A stretch of DNA of 63,952 nt, filler included, from Dimargaris cristalligena (lineage: Eukaryota), in NCBI GenBank assembly GCA_003614675.1. It is 4 parts of 4 records of this genome, joined end to end, with 100 filler letters (N's around TTAATTAATTAA, not from the genome) between each part and the next. Parts side by side here need not be neighbours in the genome. Positions count along the whole stretch, not along the records: positions 1 to 16,400 come from ML002852.1; positions 16,501 to 32,890 come from ML002853.1; 2 more parts are not named here. One strand, given 5' to 3'. This document shows positions 11,473-24,659 of this stretch, piece after piece. Made by a program: the position numbers and the translations under genes. The notes beneath the pieces were generated by a model. The model made no database searches and was not told the origin of the DNA. It saw only the letters and a list, made by a program, of their open reading frames with translations. How positions within the stretch are numbered: position 1 is the first letter of the stretch; each line of letters starts with the position of its first letter.

Positions 11473-14144
11473 ATGACTCAGTCGAAGCCCCCCGTTGCCC
11501 AGGACTCCAAGGATTACGTACCAGCTTCCCCGCCGCAGTTCTCCGAAGCCGAAAAGCACGGCATTCAAAATGCTCTCAGTCACTACCTGCCCAATGAGCT
11601 GCTTTGCACCCGTGCCGCTTTTGGGGGCTCCCGTTTAACCTACGTCGAGGGTTGGCGGGTTATCAGTATCGCGAATCAGATATTCGGATTCAACGGCTGG
11701 TCCTCGACCATCAAGGACACCAACGTCGACTTTGTAAGTCTACTCCTACCCGATCCTCTCCAAGACTGCGGTCTACAGATCCTATTGAATCACCCACTAT
11801 CCCCTTCAGATACACCGCCGGGGGGTGGGTCAACACCCATACGGTCTCCCCGTATATCCGGGCCCCTCCCTACCGATGCTATCTATATACCTCTCTCAAA
11901 GCCATTTTAACCCTCTAACTCTCCCTCCTCTTCAACCCACTAGTGCGAAGTGAGCCCCGACAACCGGTACAGTCTCGGACTATCGTGCACTGTTCGAGTG
12001 ACTCTCAAAGATGGGTCTTGTCACGAGGTACCCTAATAACTCCGCTAAACTACAGTCCTTCTCCATCCAATACCAACTGTTTATAACTGCCCTGGTTTGG
12101 GTTGTTGCAGGATGCTAACTACGCCATCTCTCCAATGTTTGGCCCGCCGATCTTTATATAGGATGTTGGATACGGCTCAATCGATAACGCCAAAACCAAA
12201 GCACAGGCATTCGAAAAGGTACCCTTTTACAGTTCCCATTTATATCGATGCCAGCTTAGCTATGCCTTCCCGTTTTTACCCAGCGTGAGCGAGGCTGGCC
12301 CCTCCCTGCTCCTTCATGTACAACTTTTACCGCAGATCCCCACCCCCCCTTGATACTACCCCCTATACTCCGAGCCAAACTAAAATAAGTCCCACCGAGC
12401 TATACTTCTCTTCTTTTCTTCAATAATCCACCCACAGGCCAAAAAGGAGGCGGTTACTGACGGACTCAAGCGTGCCCTTCGTATGTTCGGCAATGCCCTG
12501 GGCAATTGCCTCTATGACAAGGAATATTTGAAGCAACTTGGCCGCTTTTCGGTTCAAAAAGTAAGTCATAGTAGCGTTAGTTACATCCATATTATCCCGC
12601 AGACTAGTAAATGGACCACTCCACTACCCACATCCCTGGCTTATTAACATGTTTTTATTGACCGACTCCCCCTTAGGCCCAGCCCTATACTGAGGATAAA
12701 CTATTCCGACCCACCAACGGAGGTGCCTATTCCGCCTACGCCAACCCTACGCCTAACTCAAATACCATGCCCCCGCCTGCAAGTGGTATGTTATCTGGTA
12801 CAGCAACCTATGTTCCTTCAGGTAATGGGACTGCTAACCGCTACTAGGCACTGTCCATTCCGGACTCTTTTCGTTGTTCCTGCTAGCGTAACCTCTCTGG
12901 TGACATGTGTGATTAATTGATTTACTGCACCCATTTTTCCTCCCTTCATCTGTGTGTTTATTGCTTCTATATTTTTATTACTATTAACCTTAGCTCACCC
13001 TGATCCACAGCCTTCCAATCAACCCTTAGTTGACCCAGCCATGTTCGATGACTTCGACCGTAAGTTGCCTTTGATAAATATTCCCGTCTGGCAACCAAAT
13101 TCAACCCCATTTAGCCATTGGACACCCACCAAAGGATAGGGCGGTTAACGCGGGAGTAACGGCACCGTATTTTATTCATTTAATCTGCCGACCAAGATAT
13201 CTATATTGGTTTGACTCGGTGGATCTGCGCTACGACATCACGACTTTCTATATTTCTAATTACCTATGGTTAATTCTAGTATATTTGCTCTATCCCAATT
13301 ATACCCCCTTCCCCCGGGCCTACAATAGCCAACGACGAAATGTTCGACGAAATGGGCATCTCGTATGACTATATCCCGAATGTTGAGGATGGTCCGCGTA
13401 TGGTCGACTATGAAATAGAAGGGTAGGAACAACTATCCATTTTATTCACCCCTGCCCCGGAAGGGCTGGTTTGCCGAGCTAGCCTTGTTATTCCCGCCCA
13501 GTGTACATTATATAGCAATTTTCTGGTCATATAACCCAGTGTATTCCTCCTCTTTTCTACCCGTCTTCCCTTCTACTCTGAACCGTACAGCTTTCATCTA
13601 ACGACTGCTCATGGCCAATCGCCTAGTTCTGGTCAACCGGGACCCTTGACCCGGAACCAGTCAATGCGAGTGTCGCCAGTCAGCGCCACCCAGGCCTCCA
13701 GGCCGATGACAGCCAACGAGCTACTTCGCAGTCAATCCACTCCCACCGCCCTGTCCCGCGCACTCCCGTCCTCTTTCAACGTGAGCCAGGAAAACCCGGC
13801 CCATTCTACCGGGCCTCATACTACGAACAAACAGTTTACTTGTAGGTAGAATGAGAGCACTATTTGCTCTAGTAGGGCTATTGGGTGACCTGTTTTCATT
13901 CAGACCGGTTTAGCCTCCGAATACGCTAATTTTGTCTTTCCCTTTGGGTGGAAGGGCCAATCTCTATTTTATTTTATTGTGTTTTTGATATCCCCTATTA
14001 CCCTTAGCCGTCCCTGACGAGCAAACCACTTCTAACCGCCCGGCGGCTGGTACATCCCCGCGTCGTTTGGGGCCGACCTCGGCTGGCCGTCGATTATCAA
14101 TTTTGGCGACTTCAGGATCCATGGTGAAACAACCGCGCCCCTAG
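11473..14144 (+). CDS. RAD52: DNA repair and recombination protein Rad52, ~9 exons (3' exon structure less certain)
   Basis: Rad52 N-terminal domain: [41 protein letters not shown] / [12 protein letters not shown] / [11 protein letters not shown]...AFEK / [29 protein letters not shown] low-complexity C-terminus follows. Confidence 0.93.
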
Positions 14145-16169
14145 GCATTCCTGTAGGAATCTCTTTACTGGGGCCAGGCCATTTATTTCCAGCCGTAGCT
14201 ACCATTACCCTTTCTTTCCATTTCAATATATTAAAAAGCACTCTTCCACCGGGCAGCTGAGTCGAATAACACTTAAACCTACACAGGCACCACCATTCAT
14301 TTCACTGATATTGAAATATACCCACCTACATATATGCCTTCAGCCCTTTTTATACAGGCTCGGAGGCGTTCTGATGGCATGCACCTTGAATATTTTAGGG
14401 GTGAATCGTTTGATGCACAAGTCCTTAGGGGGGGGGAGAGAGGGTTACCTTGGTGTCGTGGGACGGGGTGGAGGGAGAGGTAAGCCAGTCAGTTATTTTA
14501 TTATAGCCACCTTGTGCCATAATCAGATGTACGGGAAATCATGTTTCGACGATGCCCCTCCCCCCTCACATATCCTTGACTGCCTCTGGAGCAAACCGAC
14601 AATGGCCTAAGGAAGACCAGCGCGACTCTCCAGCCACTAAACCGGGCCTTTAATCCGTTGTGCAAGACTTCAATAGCAAACCAATGAGCGAACAGGATTG
14701 ATCATCCTGGACAACAAAAAAGGGCTTCGTTTTCACAGTTAAGTGCCAGATTTAACGCCAGCGGTATTCATGATCAGCGCGGGGGAGGGCGGGTGGCGAT
14801 GGTTGGAGTGAAGGCAGCCGGCTTCGGGAACAGAAGGTCCAATTAAAGCCCGGTCCTTATGGAAGTATCGGAGAGCGCGAATTCTGGGGACTGGTTGGTT
14901 CCCGTGGAAGGAGGGAATGGTCTAGTCGGCTAGATTTAATTACCGATACGGCCGACACCCCAAGTGGGGCGGTATCGGACCGATTTATCTGGAGTGACGG
15001 CTATGCCTTTTCCACCGCAATGCTGGTGAAGGAGAGGGTTAGAGGGGCGGTGGCTGGGTTGAAGAGTAGGCAGACGTTGGGTGGGATATGGATGAGAGGG
15101 GGGTCGTGTCTCTGGGTCTGGGGCAGGCCAGCTTGGCTAGGGCGCGGTGTCCACAAAGGCCGTGGCTAGTATATTTCCTGAGCCCCACCACCCCATCATA
15201 TACCTCCTCCCCCCTCCTTGCCTTTCCTTTCTTTCTCAGTTTCGCTTCGTTCCGGAGGGGACTCACCCGGGTCACGTGTATTGCAACGAGCTCTTAATAG
15301 TAGAGTGGGGTGAATGACAGGCGGCGGGGTTTTTGGACTCTTTCCCCTACCATTATTATCATTAAGTCCACCCATACACCACATCATTCCATCGTCGGGC
15401 CATGAGAGATGGGGGGAGCTGGTTGGATGATTAGAGGGGGGAGACAACTATATAAAGCGGCCTCCGCCCTCCCTCGCAATCCAGCCGCGTTTTCTCTATC
15501 AGCATCCTGTTATTCTTCCTCTCCGTCACGCCCCTCCCCCCCCTTTCTTCCTCTATCTTCCTGACCCTTGCCGCACTTGCTATCCGTTCACCCTCTTCGT
15601 CTCCCCTGTATACAAGAGAATACCCCGTTGGTTGGTATATATATATATATATATATCCTTACCGTTTGTGCCTTTGCAATACTTGGGCAGCTCCCTTTCT
15701 TTTTGTGAGTATTTTTGAGCCTCAGGCAACTCCTGCCCCATTATTTTTGTATCCTGAGTCCCAGGTTCGCGAACCCCTTTGCTTGTAGCTTGAACCCCCC
15801 CGTACCTATCCTTTTTTCTTTGCGTGAACACCCACACACTTCTCTGCGTATATATATATACAGCGAAACCGCCTAGCCGGCTACTTAACACTAGCTCAGT
15901 TTCGAGTACGACACTGTGCTTGAGTGAAGGGTGCTCCCGCCTTCTCCACCCCTCCCCCACGTCCACGGAATCGGTAACCCCCACTCACGGGTTTCCTCTT
16001 CTAGCCCTTTGTTACAATCGCCCATCCATCTGGCTGTACATCTACACCCACCCACATTCCCTCCCCCCCTCCTCTCTCCTACACTCGCTTGACCTTGGGC
16101 CGTCCGCTAATACTAATATTAAGCCTCATTATTAGAATAATATTGGTAGTATTACCGTCTCTCCTATAT

Positions 16170-16201
<32 letters not shown>

Positions 16202-16400
16202 CGCCGGATAAACCCTCTATTTCCCGGACTGGCCATTCTATAGCTATTTTTAATTCCTCTTGGCGGCATCCACTTATCCGATCCATTCTCTCCATCGCCC
16301 CAATCGTTGGCCTTTTACCCCCTTCATGCCCTGCTCATCGCCACCACCACCATCGAAGCTGCTTACCCAATGACTCAAAGCCAGTATCTCCGAACTATTC

Positions 16401-16500
16401 NNNNNNNNNNNNNNNNNNNNNNNNNNNNNNNNNNNNNNNNNNNNTTAATTAATTAANNNNNNNNNNNNNNNNNNNNNNNNNNNNNNNNNNNNNNNNNNNN
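16401..16500. other. Artificial contig-joining linker (N44-TTAATTAATTAA-N44)
   Basis: The 12-mer carries stops in all six frames, sits in a 100-nt N block, and is identical at three places. Confidence 0.97.
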
Positions 16501-17850
16501 TCGTCCGCCACCAAGTAGGGACCACTTGCATCCGAATCCAGACGGGATATTTGATACGAAAACTCAGACCATTGGGTTTGGATAAATTGGGAAAGCATCA
16601 AACTGGTTACTCGGATCCGCTCCAGTAACCGATTATGGATCTCCAAGTCATTGGGCTCTGGTGCCGCGCCGACCATACCGGGTAGCGGGGGATTACTGCT
16701 GGGGTCCGTCGGCTCCTGCTTGATCATGGCGGAGTGATGGTCAACCGAATCTGGTCCGCCACCCCCGAAATTCCCGATGATATGTGGGTGACTGCCGTCA
16801 CTCGAGGTACCAGGGTTATCTACCTCAATCACCATATCAGAATTGGACACCATGGCTGCCATGGCAACGTTTCTAACCCCCTGGGCAAAGCTCTGGATAT
16901 CGGACTGCAGGAGTTTCGCTACCCAATGGGTCAACTCAATCCATTTGGTGATTAACAGTTCCTCTGAGAACCCGTCGGTGCTTGTAGACGCGGTAGGCGT
17001 CAAGCTGGACAGTGAAGCATGGCCGGGGTCCGGGGTTGCTGTGGCGGGACGCCGTTGCCAAGTCAGTAAGGTATGAGTGGGTTGCAACCAACGAATCATG
17101 CGTCCGACGATGTTTTGGAAGGAAGGGCCGGTGTACTTTGCGTTTCCACTATAGCGGGCTATTAGCTCGTCAGCAAAGGCCGGAAGGGGGATTACATAGC
17201 GGACAGAAGATGGCAACGACCCATCTAATTCGACCGGTGTAATACCAATACCAACGTCTAAATATTCGGCGATTATAGGGCTGATCGAAGAGGACGCTTC
17301 AAAGGTCGAAATGAAGAAATCTGATGAAATATTCAAATTATATAGCATGTGCCAAAGCAGTATTAGGGTATTGACCTATTTTGGTACATTTGTTTGGAAT
17401 GGGTTATTTGCTGGGTCCCAGTATACTGAATTGGAAAAAGGGCATACCTATAAGGTTGTGGATGGCTTCGGGCCGAGTCTCTGGGGTTTTCTGTGAAAGA
17501 TAGGACGCTATGAGTTCGTACCACTATATAATACATTCAGTCGAATAAGTACAACGAGAAGGGGATGTATAGTAGAATATAATAGCGGATTCGAATGAGT
17601 CGGATGGCAGATAATATGGCGTTGTCAAGCGACTTCTAGAACGGCCGCCTGCCACTTCAAAGCCCACCAACTAAAGGCCAGGTCTATGCGAAATTACGAG
17701 TGGCCACACGAGCCGATTGTCGACGGACTAAGAACCGCTGGATGTGGTAAATGGGGAATTACCTGTTTGGCAGGAACGCGTCGAGACCAAGCGGCATAAG
17801 TAATGGACTGCGGAGAAACGAATCCGACCATGGTAAGATGCCGAAGCGTC
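16501..17850 (-). CDS. Uncharacterised multi-exon protein, 3'-truncated by the contig end; further small exons probably extend to ~19500
   Basis: Open frame of ~275 codons from ~17320 to 16501. It is joined by a phase-compatible GT-AG intron to ...WYELIASYLSQKTPETRPEAIHNLI|DFFISTFEAS... and an upstream ...RRVPAKQ exon. No family recognised. Confidence 0.6.
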
Positions 17851-19937
17851 GTGTAGGTACTAAGGAAATATAAAAAATACAAAGTAGAAAGCCACAATAC
17901 TCATTAATGGCGCGGAATGAATCGTTTAACGCAGGTGTATTGGAGAAGCCAGTATACTGTGAATGAACTCCTCCCCCATTCAGGCAGTTGGAGCTGGGAC
18001 ATTCTTAAGGTAAAGCGAATCCGACTAAGTAGTATATTCCCTTATCTGGGAAAGCCAATGGAAACGGAAGCCCGATTGGACTATATTAGTTGATATATCT
18101 AATTTGCCAAACACGTCGAAATAGAAATACTATTGAATCTGAGAGTAGAGGGCGCTTTTTTCGGTGCTAACTCGTACCTTTATAGACTAGAAACCAATTT
18201 AAACCACTTTAATGCCACCAAAAGGATGCAGCTTTCGGTTGTTTCCATTTTACAAACCGTCCGGCCACTATCCGCTTTAATGTAGAGCCCCAGCTGAATA
18301 GGCCCGCTTTTTCGCGTGTCATTTTTATGCGGCTTACTTGCGATTTTTGAGGACAATGCCAATAGTCGCAAGACATCCACAATAGTAAAATGATAGGGTA
18401 TCATTGGAAATTTATTGAGTCGGGCAGCTTGGCTGTACTCCAGATATTCGGGCTTTCTATGTAGAACCTACATTGTAATATTTAGCACGCCCACATCAGT
18501 AATGGGTGAATAGGCAATATCCTCAGTACTCTATAGCATGGTTGCCGCTACCCCGTTGATAACGCCATATGAGGGCATACTTTATGACTGGAACACCACC
18601 ACAATTGATCTATATGATGTTAATACATACCTTTTTAGGGAATACGCGGTTTGTCGTGCGGTCAACAGTGGTTTTCAGGGCGAATATGACTTTTCAATCG
18701 GTAGCCCTTCAGTGTGAAATGGGCTGCTTTGATCTGGGAGACCCATTGTGGAAGTGGTAGGGTCATTTGTGGATAAAACGTTGAAGGCGGTTGTTGCTAA
18801 TGGCTGGTTTTGTATCCGTATATCATATTCACTTCTTATCGTCATCAGCCCATTCGTAGCCGGATTACTATACTTGCTCTTCTTTATTGGACTAACGCCT
18901 GGATCGTTGGTTGGGTGACTGTGTTGTAATTTAATATAGGAGGCGAACGCAGGATCTTATTCAACTAAAATGAGTTTGTAAAAGCCGCAAGAGTTATGGA
19001 ATCCATTATACTTCGTATTTTATTAATTCGGTTTCGACTGTAAGGAGGATTGGACGGTGGTAGTGTATACGGTGGGATACATTTTAGAGATTTGATAGAG
19101 GTGGAAGCGGACATCCCAACAGGTTGGTGATGGACCAAAACGCCCGAAAATAAAAGAGGACACTTAAAAATGGGTGTAAAAAATTCCGCGGTCCCTTACC
19201 TTTCAGTAAGTTCCTAGGCAGCAGTCGCATATCGGATGATGAGCAAGATACACTTAGCAACTATTGAATAACAAACTCCTTGCCGCTCAATAAACCCATC
19301 CGATGGCGCCTCCATTCCCTCTTCCTCATTTAAATGAAGAGGATTGCCGTAAGCCACACTATAATTATAGACTGGCCACACCTGTCGTGGCTGGAAAACT
19401 ATGACTGATCAACTCCTAACCTTTATGGTGCTTCTCTCCGGGACCAAATGCAGGCTACGGAAATGCCGATGGTAGGGATGAAACATCTTAGTTACCGCCT
19501 TTGTCGATTAAATTCGATAGTGGAATGCCGTCGACCCAACCACCCATCCCGAAACCGGCTGTGCTACTTCCTCCCCTAGCCGAAGACTGGCCGATTCTCA
19601 CACAAAATTTTAGAATGGGTCAGCTATTTACTCCCCGAAACCCTTTACGACCTATCAGCCGGGTATCCACCAGAGTACTTTCACAATGGTGGCTATATGG
19701 GCGTTTATGACCAACTTATACTGCACATAAAGAGCCGACTACAAAATGATGTATATTATATTAGCGTTGATGTATGATCAAGACGAGAACAGCAAATCCA
19801 CTCATTGAGCTAATCAGTTTCAACCATATGTTGTTAATCACTGGTAAGTATCGCATCGATCGCGTTGGAGGGTCTAGCCCGCTCCCATACCCACATTTGG
19901 ATAGCAAATGTCAATACCCATTTTATTGAATCTATAT

Positions 19938-20073
19938 GGATGAAATTAAAACCAGCTGTATAAAGTTTTACATAATATGCGTATAGGAGAATATAGGGGA
20001 GAATGACTTTTAACCAACAATATTGGCACTATCTAATGAATTTTTCGTTATTCAGCCTGTGTGAACTTCTCCC
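19938..20073 (+). mobile_element. MITE copy 1 (136 bp, ~26-bp imperfect TIRs, ATAT TSD)
   Basis: ATAT|GGATGAAATTAAAACCAGCTGTATAA...TTATTCAGCCTGTGTGAACTTCTCCC|ATAT. Aligns without gaps to copies at 40358, 48406 and 54010. Confidence 0.88.
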
Positions 20074-20799
20074 ATATTAAGAAGATATTGTCCGGCTAAA
20101 CATTCAACCGCTTGACATGTCTACTTCCAAGTTGTTCAAAGTGACGTGTTGTCAGCCGTACTGATAAACAGCACCTATTTGAGTTTTTTTATGTAGACTC
20201 GTTTCCCTGGTACTATTTGTATAGGGAAACGCACATCAACTTGTCCCTCCCGACAAACAGTTTGACTAAGCCATTTTATATGGAATTTGCCCTTTCAGTT
20301 GTGTATTACGCGGTTCTACCCCAACCCGCCCCCGTGCTTTGTTTTAACCGCGTCTACCCTAACGGCAAGGCCCCCCTCCCCTCTCATTCGTTTGGGTGTA
20401 CCCTATCTATGATCACTCGTTTCTTACTCATCAGCGGTGGTAGTTTTAGGGAAATGAGGCAACCTTTGCCGGTTTATTCATTCATAAGGAGGTACAACAC
20501 ATGTCGCTTGGTCAACCATATGGTCTAGGGGTGGTAGTTACACATGCGCATTTTGATGGCGCTGTTTTCGTTCTTGATGGAGCCAAGCAGCGGTAGACCA
20601 TATTTTTGAAGAGCCTCTATTAATTTTTTAAAATAAAAAAACCAAGCGACACGATATTCGAGCTCCAGTAAAACAACCAACCGTCCCACCTTTCTCATTC
20701 AAACTGGCCAATGAGCCTCCTTAGTAAGCGAATACAGGGCACAGAGGAATTCACACACACAGTCCATTACCACTCTACGGTATATGTGATGGTGGATAT

Positions 20800-20940
20800 G
20801 GCTGTCATTCGGCTTAACTGTATGAAGTTTTAAAAGACATGGGCATAGGAAAATAGGCGGGCGATTCACTGCTAACTAGTAGTATTTGGCTTATCTAGGG
20901 ACTATATTTTCTCGTTATACAGCCTCGTTGAACTTCGCCC
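20800..20940 (+). mobile_element. MITE copy 2 (141 bp, more diverged, ATAT TSD)
   Basis: ATAT|GGCTGTCATTCGGCTTAACTGTATGAAGTTTTA...TCGTTATACAGCCTCGTTGAACTTCGCCC|ATAT. Confidence 0.78.
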
Positions 20941-22538
20941 ATATTTTCCCTAAAAATCACCCAACACCCCGGACCCTGCAAGCTCATAAGGCACTCTGTC
21001 AGGGGGGGGAGGTTTGATAGTACAGGGTTGACGATCGCTGCTCATGAAAAATCGCATGACAAAGGGGACAAACATATCAACTGTGAACCACCCTTACAGG
21101 ATTCCGGGATGATTCTACAACCCTCCCCCCAACCGAAGGTCAGGAGGTAGGTGGGGCTTAAAATACGAAAATACGGGTAGATGCCCGCATTGATTGGGCC
21201 TCTTCAAAGCGACAGCGGAGGAGAGAAGGGGGGGACGAGGGGATCGGATAGAAGTCCATAGAGACAGGCGGAAGGCTGGCCACTGTGCAACGGTTTCGAA
21301 TTCACGGGTGCAACCATGAATCGCCCCTAGGACAAATCGGCGAGCGTTTCCGTAGGCGGGCCTCGCCGAAGAAAAGTTCCGGTATTTTGAGTCGCTGTTT
21401 CTAACCCTGTGGCGACGAGATTCTGATATCCCCCCCCCCGCCGGCAGGGAAACAGGCGGTCGGGTACGTAATGGCCTAATGCCTATACTACAGAAAATGG
21501 AAGCTAGCATGCCAGACTTTTTGGGCGACGGTGGGTCCGTAGAAGTGGTTTTCCCTTTATTGGGCCATCTATGGCACATGTTCTCGGTACTTTGTCGGTC
21601 GCTAAAATTTAGACCCATCATTTTCATTCTAACAGCCGAGTCCATAGCGGTACCCTGCCCTCTACCCCACTCCCTTCCTATCGCAAACTCCTTATTTATT
21701 GGCCTTCTCTGAAGCTTTGTCAGCAATAACCATTTCTATTTAATTTATACACTTGGTGTCAACGGGGCACCTTCTGCATTGCCCAGCAACACCCTTCCCC
21801 GCCATTATTGGGGACTGCATAGACCCGCTACAGATTTGACTCGTAATTTCGCTGACTCGACCTAAGGGGTACCCAAAAAGGGTTAGCGCTCGTGCCCGCA
21901 GCAGCCAGAGTATTGACGAAAAATGGGATGTCGTCTCCTTCGCCGACTATAGGATACCATATTATTCGTAGTGTAACTCATGCGGGGCAACGGCCTTGCC
22001 AATAAGCAACTAGCACGCCTATAAATCTTTTACCACCCACACCGCTTCGCCTCACTCGATTTTATTCCTAGAAAACAAACGAATCAAACATGAGGGAGTG
22101 CTCTCCATCCGCCCTAACCGTCCTGTTTTAATGGTCGTACATAAGTACTCCGCTGCCCTGGATAATTCCCACCTTCACCCTCGTTGTTTCACATATGACT
22201 TTTACGACCGAATTCCCCTATTAGTATTATTTTTTGTAAAAACCGAAGACATGACGACTTCACTGACTTACTAGACATGGTGCAAATATCGTATTTTCAC
22301 TATAAGTACCCCCCCAATTGTCCCACTTATTACACCCCTTCTTCTCAAAATTATATTTGTCAGTTCATACAGTTCGTGTTCAGCCCAGTTTAATGTTTCA
22401 ACAGCGGGTCATTTTGATTGGAAAATATTATTAATACTAATCTAACTAGGACCTATACACAACATTATCCAATTACGAGTTTCTTCCTTGCTTCCTTTGT
22501 TTTTTTTTAAAGAAGTTTGTGCTGTGTTATTTCAAACA

Positions 22539-23986
22539 ATGAGGTCTATTTTTGGTCCCGTCGTGGTTCTTAGCATGGCCCATCTCACTCTAGGCCTACC
22601 GAGTATAGTTCGCGACCTTAATTTCTCTAGACAAAGCTCAGCTGCGTCGGATTTAATGTCGCCAGCATCCACCAGCCCCTCCGATAGTTTATTAAGCTGG
22701 CCTTCAAGTACCACATATGTTCGCTCATTTAAATCTCTAAAATCCAAATTAAAAAAGGTACGTATGCTTCCATATACCATATAGTCCTTGGCGTACCAGG
22801 ATGATATTGCTCGGTAATCGCACCACTGCACCCGAACAGGCCCGTTCTCTGACACCATGTTGTTCATAGCTTATAAAATAACCCATCCTGCCCTACCACG
22901 GCTCAGTTTAAACCCCCTTCCCTCCCCTGTACCGTCTATTAATTTGTAGCCGACGGCGTGTTCTCAAAATACTATTTTAATCTACATCTACCCCAGATGA
23001 CATCGACACTCAAGCCGCGAAGATCCAGCATCAACCTCTGGGCCCAAAAATTACCTGACTACAAGAACCTATTATTTTTTGTACGCGAGTTTTTAGTCGC
23101 TGCCGCTCTCCAAATCATCGACTCGAAAATGCCTTTGGTTACCTCCGAGAACAAACGGGTCCGATACGAATATAAGTTACGACATCTCAGGCATCATATT
23201 ACCACTCGTATCATTAATTCGAAAGATACAGGTTCAATCGCTCCTGCTGATTTACCTTCTACACAGCCAACACCCGAACCCACTGGTCTACCTTCTATAC
23301 AGCCAACAAGCATACCACTTTTCGAACTGGCGCGCGAAGACTCGGCGAGTCACGCCTTTTTCAGAGTCCAGGGTTTCCTCCTAGCCAGTTTTGCCCACAG
23401 ATCCCTGCTGGCGGTAGCGGGCGATGCCCTCTCGCCCGAATTAGGATCCCTCTACAAGAGCTTGCTCGCCGAGACCACCACCACCACCAATGGTACCGCG
23501 TCGGTGGACCAGGCAGCCGATAGTTTCGTTATTCTGATGAACATGTTCCAGTGGACGGGTCTCACCCTGATTCATGGTCGCCATTATACCAAATTTTGCC
23601 AGTTCATCAACTACATTAATTACTGGCCCCAGATGATCCCCGTCGCGGCGTCCGACCGGCTAACCAAACAGCTTCTCGTGGAATCAGAATCGTGGGGTTC
23701 CAATACCACAGTATACTTGAAGTATGACTGCCATAACGAGGGTTGGTCTACCCGCTATGCGGAATTGACAGCGGAGACCAAGGCGGAGCTAAAATTGGGC
23801 ACCTCATCAGTTCAAATCCTGGACAGTGAGGAAATGTCCTTCACAGTAGATGGAAGCAAGCTTCCACGTGACGATCAAATTACAGCAAATTTACAGACCC
23901 TCTTTCGCAGTACCGGAGAAGCACTCCAAAAAACCGAAAGAATTGAAAACGAGGAAGCGCTCCGATTTTATAGCAGGTATCTATAA
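22539..23986 (+). CDS. Lineage-specific putative secreted protein (~2 exons)
   Basis: Exon 1 MRSIFGPVVVLSMAHLTLGLP... looks like a signal peptide and is followed by donors near 22758-22762. An acceptor TTTGTAG at 22949 leads into a 342-codon open frame ending at TAA 23986. The exact splice choice is uncertain and no domain was recognised. Confidence 0.6.
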
Positions 23987-24659
23987 TTGGAATGCTCTCC
24001 TTCTCATTATCACTCACTCTTCCTGGGAACCACATGTATGTTAGAATAATAAATAGCACTTATTACAAGTGGCCTTCGTTTCAAACACGCTTAAAATAGG
24101 CCAATGCAGTCGGAGTTAGAGTAGTAGTAGTGGTAGTAGTTTATGACCATAAATTAGAGAATGAATGTGTGGATATAATGGAAAATGCGAGAAAGGAGAG
24201 GTTAGAAGCGGGGCCTTATAGTCTAATACAGTACAACTGGCAGTGAGTACGTGGGCGTCTGATGAATGTGCGTTTGTGTGTTTTTCGAAATAGTAAAGGC
24301 AGCTAGAAGGATAGTAAAATGAGTATTTCTCCAAGCAAAATGAGGCACTTGGGTACGAGAAAAAATATATATGTTGACTACCCGATAAACCTCAAGACGC
24401 CAGAGTCGAAACTCTCGAATAACCGAAGCAGATACATAGGGCAGTCCCTTTTTCGTATAATAAAAGGCAGGGCTCGGGGCAATGTCTGTAGTCACCAGCG
24501 ATATACAAATAATGGCAGTAATGAAATGATCAATAATGGTAAGGGGGTGTCCGTGGATCAGTATTATCCCAAAGGGCAGTCACCTTTGAGAAAGAAACCA
24601 TCTATAAAAGATCACCCGTGGATTTCGCCTTGCAATCAGAGTCGTTCTGGGCAAGGGTG

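Noticed and set aside
15448..16400. TATA box, long CT-rich leader and an ATG at 16370 (MTQSQYLRTI...)
   Set aside because: Probably a gene start, but only ~10 codons precede the contig break, so it cannot be identified.
16445..16456. TTAATTAATTAA palindromic motif recurring every ~16.4 kb
   Set aside because: It is a synthetic six-frame-stop linker inside N runs, not biological.
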